Origin: Candidatus Tectimicrobiota bacterium
Lineage (GTDB): Bacteria; JACPUC01
NCBI GenBank assembly: GCA_016192455.1
Contig: JACPUC010000017.1
Span: 1 to 64,000, forward strand
DNA: 64,000 nt
Direction: 5' to 3'
Below are positions 17,179 through 26,550 of the stretch, piece after piece; within the stretch, counting starts at the first letter, position 1, and every line of letters starts with the position of its first letter. The notes beneath the pieces were generated by a model. The model was not told the DNA's origin and ran no database searches. It was given only the letters and a program-made list of their open reading frames with translations. The position numbers and the translations under genes were made by a program.

Positions 17179-17253
17179 GACACTCCCCCTTTCCAACGCT
17201 CCGCTATCTCTCTACTTTATAGTATGCCCTTGACAGGCGTGCGATTCAATCCC

Positions 17254-17269
17254 TGCCCACATTTTGTGG
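17254..17269 (-). promoter_or_regulatory. NrdR box 1
   Basis: ccaCaAaATgTgGgca fits acaCwAtATaTwGtgt; 32 bp from box 2. Confidence 0.7.
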
Positions 17270-17279
17270 GCAAGTGGGG

Positions 17280-17307
17280 ATGTTACCACAAGATATGGGG
17301 CTGTCAA
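17280..17307 (-). promoter_or_regulatory. nrdJ promoter (TTGACA-N16-TAACAT) with NrdR box 2 (17286-17301) in the spacer
   Basis: ccaCaAgATaTgGggc lies exactly between the -35 and -10 hexamers. Confidence 0.7.
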
Positions 17308-17607
17308 CCAAATTTTAAGAAAAATGAGCGCCGCGCAAAGCCGCCCCGGAGGCCACCGTCGGGCCGGCGCGCCGCGCGCCGCCGCATGGGTAGCCGCCCT
17401 GCGCAACCTGTCGCGTTCTCCCCCTGCCGCCGGTGAGGAAGCGCGGCCCGGCAGCGGCTGCACCGCGGCTCCACCGCCCTGCCCCGTTTCGCCGCCGACG
17501 CAGGTCGTGGTATCATTGCCCGCGGCGGTGCCGACGGGCCACGAACGGCGTGGCAGGGGCGGCGTCGGCGGTCAGTTTGCCACCATTCCAGGCGAAAGGC
17601 ACTCATC

Positions 17608-18810
17608 GTGAACACCCAGCACCTGGTGCGGCGGCTGGTGAAGGCCACGCCGAGCAAGATCGTCTTTCTCATCCTGGACGGCCTGGGGGGCTTCCGCGGC
17701 GCCGGGCGGCAGCAGAGCGAGCTCGAGGCGGCCCGCCTGCCGCACCTCGACGCGCTCGCCGCGGCCTCCTCCTGCGGCCTCAGCGATCCGATCGCGCCGG
17801 GGATCACCCCCGGCAGCGGGCCCTCGCACCTGGCGCTATTCGGCTACGACCCGGTCGAGCACGACATCGGCCGCGGCCTCCTCTCCGCCCTCGGCGTCGA
17901 TTTCCCCTTGCAGCCCTCCGACCTGGCGGCGCGCATGAACTACTGCACGGTGAGGGACGGCCTGGTGACCGACCGGCGCGCCGGCCGCGTCCCCACCGCC
18001 GAGTGCGCCAGGCTTTGCCGCATGCTCGCGAAGGTCGAGATCGCCGGCGTCGAGGTGTTCGTGCAACCGGAGCAGGAGCACCGCGCCGCCCTCATCCTGC
18101 GGGGCGAGGGGCTGGACGATCACCTGACCGACTCCGATCCCCAGGTCACCTGCAAGGCGCCGCTGCGGGTCCAGGCGCTCGAAGCCCAGGCCGAGCGGGC
18201 GGCGACCATCGTCAACGAGTTCGTGCGCCAAGCCGGCATGATCTTGAAAGACGAGCGGCCGGCGAACATGGTGCTGCTGCGGGGGTTCGCCCGTTATCAC
18301 CCCATTCCAAGCATGCAGGAGCTCTACCGCTTGAACCCCGCCTGCATCGCGGTCTACCCGATGTACAAGGGCGTCACCCGCCTCATCGGCATGAAGGTGC
18401 TGGAGACCGGCCCGAGCCTCGGGGAGGAGGTGGCGACCCTCGAAACGCATTGGCAGGAGCACGATTTCTTCTATCTGCACGTGAAGAAGACCGACAGCGC
18501 CGGCGAGGACGGCAACTTCGACGCCAAGGTGGCGGTCCTCGAGGAGGTGGACGGTCTTCTTGGCCGCATCCTCGGCCTGCGGCCGGAGGTGCTTGTCATC
18601 ACCGGCGACCACTCGACCCCCTCCGCCCTGAAGGGCCATAGCTGGCACCCGGTGCCGGTGCTCATGCACGGGCGCTGGTGCTGGCCTGACGAGGTGCGGA
18701 GCTTCACCGAGCTGGCCTTCAGCCGCGGTTGCCTCGGGCGCCTGCGGGCCACGGACATCATGCCGCTGGCGCTGGCCAGCGCCGAAAAACTGGCGAAGTA
18801 CGGCGCCTGA
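17608..18810 (+). CDS. apgM: 2,3-bisphosphoglycerate-independent phosphoglycerate mutase (ApgM type)
   Basis: LILDGLGG, PGSGPSHLALFGYDP, HVKKTDSAGEDG, ITGDHSTP, HSWHPVP. Confidence 0.92.
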   Translation: MNTQHLVRRLVKATPSKIVFLILDGLGGFRGAGRQQSELEAARLPHLDALAAASSCGLSDPIAPGITPGSGPSHLALFGYDPVEHDIGRGLLSALGVDFPLQPSDLAARMNYCTVRDGLVTDRRAGRVPTAECARLCRMLAKVEIAGVEVFVQPEQEHRAALILRGEGLDDHLTDSDPQVTCKAPLRVQALEAQAERAATIVNEFVRQAGMILKDERPANMVLLRGFARYHPIPSMQELYRLNPACIAVYPMYKGVTRLIGMKVLETGPSLGEEVATLETHWQEHDFFYLHVKKTDSAGEDGNFDAKVAVLEEVDGLLGRILGLRPEVLVITGDHSTPSALKGHSWHPVPVLMHGRWCWPDEVRSFTELAFSRGCLGRLRATDIMPLALASAEKLAKYGA

Positions 18811-18887
18811 GCGGGGGCAGTCTCGGCGGAGCGGCGAAGTGCGCGCCGCGCAGACGGCCGCCGCGGCGCCGCAACCTCAGTCCCAGC

Positions 18888-19679
18888 TCAGCCGAGGAAG
18901 AGGTCGAAGTACCAGGCAAGGAGGGTGTTTCCGGCCAGGAGCGCCAGGAGCGCCCCAAGGGCCAGGTAGGGCCCAAAGGGGATGGGGGTGCGTCGGCTGT
19001 GCCGCAGGAGGAGGAGCATGGCGCCGCCGGTGAGCGACCCCAAGAAGGCCGCGAAGATGATCGTCAGCAAGGCGATCTTCCATCCCAGGAAGGCCCCCAC
19101 CATCGCCATGAGCTTGATATCGCCACCCCCCATCGCTTCCTGCTTCAAGAGCACGCCGCCCAGCACCCCAACGGCATAGAGCACGCCGCCGCCGACCAGC
19201 CCCCCGAACACCGCCCAGAGGGGTCCGTGGGGCAGAAGGAAGAGGCTCGCCAGAACCCCCGCGAGAGTTCCCGGCAGGGAGATGACGTCGGGGATGATCT
19301 GGTGCTCCAGGTCGATAAACGAGATGATCAGGAGCGCCTCGAAGAGGGCGAGGTAAGCCGGCAGCTCCCTGGACCAGCCGATCTCCCACCAGAGCAGCAG
19401 GAAGAGGAGGGCTGACAGCGCCTCAACGAGAGGGTAGCGCGGCGAGATGCGGCTGCCGCAGCTCCGGCAGCGGCCCCGCAGCAGCAGGTAGCTGAGGACC
19501 GGCAGGTTATCGAACCAGCGCACGGCGGCGCCGCAGTGGGGGCAGTGGGAGCCGGGGCGGACCACGGAGAGGCGGCGCGGCAGGCGGTGGATGCAGACAT
19601 TGGCGAAGCTGCCGAAGATGGCGCCCACCAGGGCCACCACGGCGCCTGCAAACGGACCAGCAAAGGGCTCGGGGCTCAC
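18888..19679 (-). CDS. pilD: Type IV prepilin peptidase/N-methyltransferase
   Basis: GSFANVCIHRLP, SHCPHC..RGRCRSC, IDLEHQIIPD, MGGGDIKL, IPFGPYL. Confidence 0.95.
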   Translation of the reverse strand: MSPEPFAGPFAGAVVALVGAIFGSFANVCIHRLPRRLSVVRPGSHCPHCGAAVRWFDNLPVLSYLLLRGRCRSCGSRISPRYPLVEALSALLFLLLWWEIGWSRELPAYLALFEALLIISFIDLEHQIIPDVISLPGTLAGVLASLFLLPHGPLWAVFGGLVGGGVLYAVGVLGGVLLKQEAMGGGDIKLMAMVGAFLGWKIALLTIIFAAFLGSLTGGAMLLLLRHSRRTPIPFGPYLALGALLALLAGNTLLAWYFDLFLG

Positions 19680-19711
19680 GTCAGCTCAGCACTCGGCAGG
19701 AGGGGGATGCA

Positions 19712-21667
19712 TCACACCGCCGCCTCGGCCGCCTCAGCCGCCGCTGGGGGGAAGGGGCGATCCAGGAACATGCGGCACCAGACCTCGAAGATGAGGAGAT
19801 TCCACAGCAGCGGGCTGTGATCGGCCCGCCTGCCGAGATGGTCCGCCAGCAACCGCTCGACCGCCGGCGGCTGGAGCAGGCCGCGGTCGCGCGCCCGCCG
19901 GCTGAGGAGGAGGTCGCGCGCGAAGTCCGCCAGTTCGCCGCGCAGCCAAAGGTCGATCGGCACGGCGAAGCCCCGTTTCGCCCGCTGGATGATGTCCGAG
20001 GGCAGGAGCCCGCTGGCAAGACGCCGCAGGAGGTGCTTCCCTTCCAGGCGGAGCAACCCTCGGGGATGGATCTTGAGATTGAGCGGCAGGCGCGCCGCAA
20101 ACTCGACAAGGCGGTGATCGAGGAACGGCGAGCGCGCCTCGAGGCCATGCGCCATGCTCATGCTGTCCACCTTCGCGAGCACATCGTTAGGCAGGTAGCC
20201 GAGGGTATCGAACTCCATGAGGCGCTGCAACCCCGGTGAGCCCAAGGATGCGAGCTGCGCCGCGCGCTCGGCGCGCAGGCTGCGGTCCTCGATCTGCCGG
20301 AGGAGGTCGGGCGAATAGAGGGCCGCGCGCCACTCCGGCCGCAGCATCGCCAGCATCGTCACGTAGCGCTCCGAGGCAGGCTGCGCCGCGGCGTCGCTGA
20401 AGCGCCGCAGGCGCGCCCCGAAGCTCCAGCGGCTGCGTCCTCCGCCCTGGAGCAGCGAGGCGAGCCGGGCAAGCCCGCGCAGCGCCGCCAGGGTGGGCGC
20501 GGGCAGCCACGCCGCGCAGCGCTCGGCATACGCCGCCGCCCGGTAACGGTCGTAGCCGCCGAAGGCTTCATCTCCCCCGTCCCCCGTCAGCACGACGGTA
20601 ACGTGCCGGCGGCTCAACTCGGAGACGTAGTAGGTGGGCACGGCCGAGGCGTCGCCGAACGGTTCGCTGAAGTGCCAGACCAGCTTCGGCAGGATCGCTA
20701 GGGCATCCGGCTTCACCACGAACTCGTGGTGCTCCGTCGCATAGCGCGCCGCCACCTGGCGGGCGAATGGCAGCTCGTTGTAGGCCCCCGCCTCGAAGCC
20801 GATGGTGAAGGTGCGCACAGGCGACGCTAGCGCCTTGGCCATCAAGGCCACGATGAGGCTGGAGTCGATGCCACCGCTGAGGAACGCCCCCAGGGGCACG
20901 TCGCTGACGAGCTGCTCGCGCACGGCCTCGCGGAGCAGCTCGTGGAGCTGCTCCTGGAGCGACGCCGCGCTTCCCGCCACAGGCTCCCCGCCGCTCGGCA
21001 GCCGCCAGTAGGGGCGCAGCCGCACGCCATGGGCATCACAGAGGAGGAGGTGGGCGGGCGGCAGTTTGCGGATGGCGCGGAAGACGCTGCGGGGAGCGCC
21101 GATGCACTGGAAGGTGAAGAAATCGTCCAAGGCCTCGGCGTCGAGGTCGCGGGGAACGCCCGGCGCCACGAGCAGGGCGCGTAGCTCGGAGGCGAAGTTG
21201 AGGCAGCCGCCGACATCAGCGTAGTAGAGCGGCTTCTGCCCCAGGCGGTCGCGCCCCAGGAGCAGGCGGCGACGGCGCCCGTCCCAGAGGGCGAAGGCGA
21301 ACATGCCGCGCACCTTGTCGAGGCAGTCATCCCCCGCTTCCTCGTAGAGGTGCAGGAGCACCTCGGAGTCGCTCTGCGTGGCGAAGCGGTGGCCCGACGC
21401 CTCCAGGCGGCGCCGCAGCTCCCGATAGTTGTAGATTTCCCCGTTGATGACGAGGGCGCAGCTCTGATCCTCATTGTAGAGCGGCTGGCGGCCACCCGCG
21501 AGGTCGATGATGCTCAACCGGCGGTGGGCCAAGCCGAAGAACGGCTCCTGGTGGAAGCCCGCGTCATCCGGTCCACGATGCGCCAGCAACCCCGCCATGG
21601 CGGCCAACGTTTCGGCAGCCACGGGGCGGCGCTCCTGGTAGGCGTAGATGCCGGCGATGCCGCACAT
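19712..21667 (-). CDS. asnB: Asparagine synthase (glutamine-hydrolysing) family amidotransferase
   Basis: MCGIAG Ntn start, HRGPDD, LAHRRLSIID, FLSGGIDSS, VLTGDGGDE, MAHGLEARSPFLDH. Confidence 0.93.
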   Translation of the reverse strand: MCGIAGIYAYQERRPVAAETLAAMAGLLAHRGPDDAGFHQEPFFGLAHRRLSIIDLAGGRQPLYNEDQSCALVINGEIYNYRELRRRLEASGHRFATQSDSEVLLHLYEEAGDDCLDKVRGMFAFALWDGRRRRLLLGRDRLGQKPLYYADVGGCLNFASELRALLVAPGVPRDLDAEALDDFFTFQCIGAPRSVFRAIRKLPPAHLLLCDAHGVRLRPYWRLPSGGEPVAGSAASLQEQLHELLREAVREQLVSDVPLGAFLSGGIDSSLIVALMAKALASPVRTFTIGFEAGAYNELPFARQVAARYATEHHEFVVKPDALAILPKLVWHFSEPFGDASAVPTYYVSELSRRHVTVVLTGDGGDEAFGGYDRYRAAAYAERCAAWLPAPTLAALRGLARLASLLQGGGRSRWSFGARLRRFSDAAAQPASERYVTMLAMLRPEWRAALYSPDLLRQIEDRSLRAERAAQLASLGSPGLQRLMEFDTLGYLPNDVLAKVDSMSMAHGLEARSPFLDHRLVEFAARLPLNLKIHPRGLLRLEGKHLLRRLASGLLPSDIIQRAKRGFAVPIDLWLRGELADFARDLLLSRRARDRGLLQPPAVERLLADHLGRRADHSPLLWNLLIFEVWCRMFLDRPFPPAAAEAAEAAV

Positions 21668-21851
21668 CCGCAGCTCCTTCCTCCGCCGCAGCGTCGGTCA
21701 AGATGGTAACCCGGCTGCCGACGAGACCGCTCCGCAGGCCGTGGCGCTTCGCCTTGCATCCCCACCTGGCCGGGCTGGCGCCTTCCGACACCCAGATGCT
21801 GAACCGCCGCCGCGGCTCCATGCTACGCCTCAAGCTTAGGCCATGCGAACC

Positions 21852-21890
21852 AAAAAACAAAGCCCCCAGACCACTGCGTCGAGGGCTTTG
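21852..21890 (-). terminator. Rho-independent terminator after pilin copy A
   Basis: Minus strand CAAAGCCCTCGAC-GCAGTG-GTCTGGGGGCTTTG followed by TTTTTT. Confidence 0.75.
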
Positions 21891-22050
21891 CTTTACCGCA
21901 AGGATGGATCGCCGACAATCGCTGGAGGGGCTCCTTCAAGGGTGTGATCGGGCCGCGAACGCCGCAGTGACCGGCTTTGGCGCAGGCCCCTCCTCATCCA
22001 GGGCGAGGGCTGCGCCGAAGGTCGGCCTGCTCAGCCGCGCGCGGCGAGCG

Positions 22051-22437
22051 TTAGCACCCTGCCGTGCACTTGATGGACCCATCGGCGTAGGTGAGCGTCC
22101 ACACCTCGCCGGCGATATCGAAGCCGGCCTTGCCGGTTCCGGTCGAGGTCTTGTCGTCCACCACCGCATACTGGTAGTAGGTCTCGCCGGTCGGCGCTTC
22201 GTAGTTGACCTCCAACGCCGTCTTGCCGTACCGGCCGTGCTCAGCCTTATACACCTCCTGGAGCGTCCGGATGTGCCCAAGTTCCTGCTTCGCCTCGCTC
22301 TGCCGCGCCCGCTTCGAGTAGCTCTTGAAATTCGGAATGGCAATTGCCGCCAGAATCCCGATGATGGCCACGACGATCATCAGCTCGATGAGCGTAAAGC
22401 CCTTCTCTCCCCAGTTCTCGTTCCGCCGTGCGAGCAT
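22051..22437 (-). CDS. pilA: Type IVa major pilin, copy A
   Basis: Class III signal [24 protein letters not shown]; 115-aa mature protein ending CTAGC. Confidence 0.93.
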   Translation of the reverse strand: MLARRNENWGEKGFTLIELMIVVAIIGILAAIAIPNFKSYSKRARQSEAKQELGHIRTLQEVYKAEHGRYGKTALEVNYEAPTGETYYQYAVVDDKTSTGTGKAGFDIAGEVWTLTYADGSIKCTAGC

Positions 22438-22511
22438 CTCCTGTCTCCTCTTCCATGCCGCGATGGCTCCAGCGACCCCTTGCGTTCCGTAGGTCAGGCG
22501 CTGCTTGAGGA

Positions 22512-22528
22512 AGCAAGTCCCATGCCAA
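22512..22528 (-). promoter_or_regulatory. sigma54 (-24/-12) promoter of pilin A
   Basis: TTGGCATGGGACTTGCT matches TGGCAC-N5-TTGC. Confidence 0.85.
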
Positions 22529-22721
22529 CTTCAGTAGAACCTTGTCAACCTTGTTCTTACTCCAAGACAAAGGGACGTTGCAATCCTCGGTTTCTTGCAC
22601 ACCATAGCGCAGAAGTGGGGCGAGCTCAATGTTTGGCGGCAGTTCGTCTCCGCGGGAGAGAGAGTGGCCGGTTTCGCGTCCCTTCCTCGGCCTGCCCTGG
22701 AGTGCGCGGCGCTGCTTTATT

Positions 22722-22757
22722 TGACCAGATTGCTCACCGACCTGACAAAACTTGTCA
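22722..22757. promoter_or_regulatory. Tandem enhancer-like palindromes (putative PilR/NtrC-family sites)
   Basis: TGACCAGATTGCTCA and TGACAAAACTTGTCA, 21 bp apart, about 200 bp upstream of the sigma54 promoter. Confidence 0.65.
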
Positions 22758-23258
22758 CCCGAGCGGGCTGTGGCGCGACCCAGCGCCGCGCCGCGGCACG
22801 CGCTGCCACCTCGGCGGCACCGGCCGGCGCCTCCCCATCGGGAGCCGCGCGGCACGGTGGCCATTCGCAGGTGGGCCGACAGCCTCCCTACCGACATCCC
22901 ATGGCCGCCAGGTCCCACCTTGAGTTGCGGTTCGTGCGGTGGCCTGCTTCCCTCTCCGCCGCGCCTGCACAGGCAGGCGAGCGGGCTTTCGCCTCCACGG
23001 CGAGGTCCGTGCCGGGCGCACCCACGGCAAAGCCCTCAGACTGCCGCGTCGAGGGCTTCGTCCCACCGCAAGGATGTAATACCACAATCGCTGGGGGGCT
23101 TGCCCCTGGTTTATCAGACTCTGGAGGACGGTTGCCGCGTCCAGTGGGAAGGCGCTCGGGCCGCGAACGCCGCGATGCCCGGCATTGGCGCAGCCCCCTC
23201 CTCATCCAGGGCGAGGGCTGCGCCGAAGATCGGCCTGCTCAGCCGCGCGCGGCGGGCG

Positions 23259-23645
23259 TTAGCACCCTGCCGTGCACTTGATGGTTCCATCCGCGTAGGT
23301 GAGCGTCCACACCTCGCCGGCGATATCGAAGCCGGCCTTGCCGGTTCCGGTCGAGGTCTTGTCATCCACCACTGCGTACTGGTAGTAGGTTTCGCCCGTG
23401 GGCGCTTCGTAGTTGACCTCCAACGCCGTCTTGCCGTACCGGCCCTTTTCAGCCTTGAACACCTCCTGGAGCGTCCGGATGTGCCCGAGTTCCTGCTTCG
23501 CCTCGCTCTGGCGCGCCCGCTTCGAGTAGCTCTTGAAGTTCGGAATGGCAATCGCCGCCAGAATCCCGATGATGGCCACAACGATCATCAACTCGATGAG
23601 CGTAAAGCCTTTCTCTCCCCATTTCTCATTCTGCCGTGCGAGCAT
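23259..23645 (-). CDS. pilA: Type IVa major pilin, copy B
   Basis: Same as copy A except leader RQNEK and mature Y50F, H54K, S108T. Confidence 0.93.
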   Translation of the reverse strand: MLARQNEKWGEKGFTLIELMIVVAIIGILAAIAIPNFKSYSKRARQSEAKQELGHIRTLQEVFKAEKGRYGKTALEVNYEAPTGETYYQYAVVDDKTSTGTGKAGFDIAGEVWTLTYADGTIKCTAGC

Positions 23646-23719
23646 CTTCTGTCTCCTCTCTCACGCTGCGATGGTTCCAGGGACCCCTTGCGTTCCGTGG
23701 GTCAGGCGCTGCTTGAGAG

Positions 23720-23736
23720 AGCAAGTCCCATGCCAA
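23720..23736 (-). promoter_or_regulatory. sigma54 (-24/-12) promoter of pilin B
   Basis: TTGGCATGGGACTTGCT, identical to copy A. Confidence 0.85.
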
Positions 23737-23924
23737 CTTCAGTAGAACCTTGTCAACCCTTTTCTCACTCCGTCAACAAGGGAAAGTGACAACTCTGGAG
23801 ATCTTCCGCCGATCTTGTACCTGCAAGGAAAAGTCGAATGTTTTCCGTCAGTTCACCTCTTCTGGGGAGATCGCGGCCGGTTTCGCGTCGCTGCCTCGGT
23901 TTACGCCGCGTCGCGCCGCTCTTC

Positions 23925-23961
23925 TGACAATATTCGTCACCTGGATTGACACATTTTGTCA
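23925..23961. promoter_or_regulatory. Tandem enhancer-like palindromes (putative PilR/NtrC-family sites)
   Basis: TGACAATATTCGTCA and TGACACATTTTGTCA, 22 bp apart. Confidence 0.65.
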
Positions 23962-24270
23962 GTCGAGGGATCCGAGCCTTCCCCGCTCCGCCGTGACCCG
24001 GCTGGCGGGACGATGGCCTGGTGGCACAGTTTCATGAGCGGTCAACGGCGGCGAGGCGAGGCGGGACCTTTGGAGAGGGAGCGACAACGCCGAGCCCCGG
24101 GGGACCGAGCAAGCCCTGAGGCGGGGGAGGAAGCGCGGCGGCGGCCCGCCGCGAGCGTCTTGGCGCGCTGCCTTCGGCGCCGCGCGGCACGGCATCTTTG
24201 CACGCCTGGCAACCTTCGCGGCAGCAGCCCGGCACAACCCGGCCTGGAGGGGCCCACGCCGAGCTTGCGG

Positions 24271-25314
24271 TCAAGACTCCGCGCCGCCGTCCACAGCTCC
24301 TTCCTGGGCGCCCTTCAGCAAGCCGGCAGCCTTGCGGATTTCGTGCTCGAGCGCCGCGGCCAGCTCGGGGTGCTCGCGCAGGAAGTGTTTGGCGTTCTCC
24401 CGCCCCTGGCCGATACGTTCATCGCGGTACGAGTACCACGCGCCGCTCTTGGCGAGCAGGCCGCGTTCGACGGCAAGGTCGAGGAGGTCGCCGCTGGAGG
24501 AGATGCCCTCATCATAGAGGATGTCGAACTCGGCTTGCCGAAACGGCGGCGCCAGCTTGTTCTTCACCACCTTCACGCGCGTGCGGTTGCCGACGACGTT
24601 CTCCCCCTCCTTGAGGGAGGCGATGCGGCGGATATCCAGGCGCACGGAGGTGTAGAACTTCAGCGCGTTGCCGCCGGTGGTGGTTTCGGGATTGCCGAAC
24701 AGCACGCCGATCTTTTGCCGAATCTGGTTGGTGAAGATGATGCAGGTGTGCGATTTGGAGATGACGCCGGTGAGCTTGCGCAGGGCCTGCGACATCAGGC
24801 GCGCCTGCAGCCCCATGTGGGCGTCCCCCATCTCCCCTTCGATCTCCGCCTTGGGCACCAGCGCCGCCACCGAGTCGATGACGATGACATCGATGGTGCC
24901 GCTACGCACCAGCACGTCGCAGATTTCCAATGCCTGCTCGCCGGTATCCGGCTGGGAGATGAGAAGCTCCTCGAGGTTCACGCCGAGCTTCTGGGCATAG
25001 AGGGGGTCGAGGGCATGCTCGGCGTCGATGAAGGCGGCAATCCCTCCGGCTTTCTGGGCATTGGCGATGACGTGCAGCGTGAGGGTCGTCTTGCCTGAAG
25101 ACTCAGGCCCGAAGATCTCGGTGACCCGCCCGCGCGGCAAGCCTCCCACCCCCAACGCAACATCGAGGGCAAGCGAGCCGGTGGGGATCGCCGGCACCTC
25201 CACGCGCGCGGCGGTATCACCGAGGCGCATGATCGCGCCGCGCCCGAACTGCCGTTCAATCTGAGCCACGGCAAGGTCTAACGCCTTCTGCCGACTCTCC
25301 TTCTCCCTCTCCAT
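24271..25314 (-). CDS. recA: Recombinase RecA
   Basis: [56 protein letters not shown]. Confidence 0.99.
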   Translation of the reverse strand: MEREKESRQKALDLAVAQIERQFGRGAIMRLGDTAARVEVPAIPTGSLALDVALGVGGLPRGRVTEIFGPESSGKTTLTLHVIANAQKAGGIAAFIDAEHALDPLYAQKLGVNLEELLISQPDTGEQALEICDVLVRSGTIDVIVIDSVAALVPKAEIEGEMGDAHMGLQARLMSQALRKLTGVISKSHTCIIFTNQIRQKIGVLFGNPETTTGGNALKFYTSVRLDIRRIASLKEGENVVGNRTRVKVVKNKLAPPFRQAEFDILYDEGISSSGDLLDLAVERGLLAKSGAWYSYRDERIGQGRENAKHFLREHPELAAALEHEIRKAAGLLKGAQEGAVDGGAES

Positions 25315-25398
25315 ATGGCTCCCTCCGGGGGGACACGCCTGCGCGGACAACGGGGCGCGAGGCTCAGGACCTCATCGACCTCCCACACTGCACGACCA

Positions 25399-25974
25399 CT
25401 AGTTGGAGCCCAGCAGCGCCACGTTCTCCACCAGGGTGTGGATGGCGCCGGTAGGGTTCAGCTCGCTGCGAAACAAGGCACAGGAGTCGACGTGCACCTC
25501 GGCGTGCAAGCCCTGCTGGGCGGCGTGCACCTGCCGCAGCAGGCTGCCCTTGCGCTGCACGGACTTCACCCGTCCCAGCGTAAGGTGCGGCGCGAAGTGG
25601 CGGGCATCGCGCTCGATCCCCAGGGCGGCCAAGCGTTCCTCCAGCCTAGCGTGCAGCGTGGCCAGCGAAGCGCTCTCGTTCTTCCACCCCACCCACAGCA
25701 CGCGGGGGTAGTTGAGGTTGGGAAACGCCCCCACCTCGGTGAGGGTGAGCGTGAACGCCGGCACCTCCGCGGCCGCTCCGCGCAGGGCCTCGATGATCTG
25801 CGGGATGAGCGCCTGGGCGGTCTCACCGAGAAACTTCACCGTCAAGTGCATGGTATCGGGCCGCACCCAAACGACCTGCAGGCCGGGGTTGGCAAGCCGC
25901 TCCTGCATCTGCTGGAGGAGCGTCTTGATAGCGGCTGACAGCGGCACGGCGATGAAGGCGCGGATCGTTTTCAT
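25399..25974 (-). CDS. thpR: RNA 2',3'-cyclic phosphodiesterase (2H family)
   Basis: RAFIAV, HLTVKFLG and PHLTLGR 2H motifs; cinA-thpR-recA synteny. Confidence 0.92.
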   Translation of the reverse strand: MKTIRAFIAVPLSAAIKTLLQQMQERLANPGLQVVWVRPDTMHLTVKFLGETAQALIPQIIEALRGAAAEVPAFTLTLTEVGAFPNLNYPRVLWVGWKNESASLATLHARLEERLAALGIERDARHFAPHLTLGRVKSVQRKGSLLRQVHAAQQGLHAEVHVDSCALFRSELNPTGAIHTLVENVALLGSN

Positions 25975-26489
25975 GACGTCGTCGCTTCAGCCCGTTCCGT
26001 AAGATGCGCCACCAGCAGGTGGAGAGCCGCCGCCACCGCCTGCTCCTGCACCTCGGCGCGGCTGCCCCGGAAGCGGTGCTCGGCAACCTGGACCGCCTCG
26101 CCCCGCGCGCCGCCGCTGCACACCCCAACGTACACCAGCCCCACCTCCCGGCTGCCGGTGTCGCTGGTAGGCCCAGCATTGCCGGTGACGCTCACGGCAA
26201 CGTCGGTGCGGGCCAGCAGCCGCATGCGCCGCGCCATGGCCACCGCCAGCTCGCGGCTGACGGCGCCGTGCTCCGCCAGCATCTCCGCAGGCACTCCCAA
26301 AAGCTCCCATTTTGCCCGCGCCGTGTACGCCAGCATGCCGCCCACGAAGTAATCAGATGCCCCGGCAACGCTCGTGATGGCGGCGCCAAGCGCGCCTCCC
26401 GTGCAGGACTCCGCCACCGCCAGCGTGGCGCCGCGGCGTCGCAGCTCCCCGCCGAGCCGCTTCGCCAGCTCCTCGACCGAGGTACCCAT
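25971..26489 (-). CDS. cinA: CinA C-terminal / PncC nicotinamide-nucleotide amidohydrolase
   Basis: LAVAESCTGG, HGAVS, SVTGNAGP, VGLVYVG. Confidence 0.9.
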   Translation of the reverse strand: MGTSVEELAKRLGGELRRRGATLAVAESCTGGALGAAITSVAGASDYFVGGMLAYTARAKWELLGVPAEMLAEHGAVSRELAVAMARRMRLLARTDVAVSVTGNAGPTSDTGSREVGLVYVGVCSGGARGEAVQVAEHRFRGSRAEVQEQAVAAALHLLVAHLTERAEATTS

Positions 26490-26550
26490 GACCGCCGCGA
26501 CCGCTCCGTTCCAATCGGCTTCGGCCTGGCTGGCTCCCCCCGCCGCCGTC

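Larger units (their letters stand above)
21858..23962. repeat. Tandem duplication of a ~900-bp pilin transcription unit (about 21858-22760 and 23028-23962)
   Basis: CDS, 5' UTR, sigma54 promoter, enhancer palindromes and 3' hairpins are all present twice, about 1.2 kb apart. Confidence 0.9.

Noticed and set aside
21703..23789. Plus-strand ORFs 21703-22923 and 22752-23789 that resemble each other
   Set aside because: The similarity is explained by being antisense to the duplicated pilin units.
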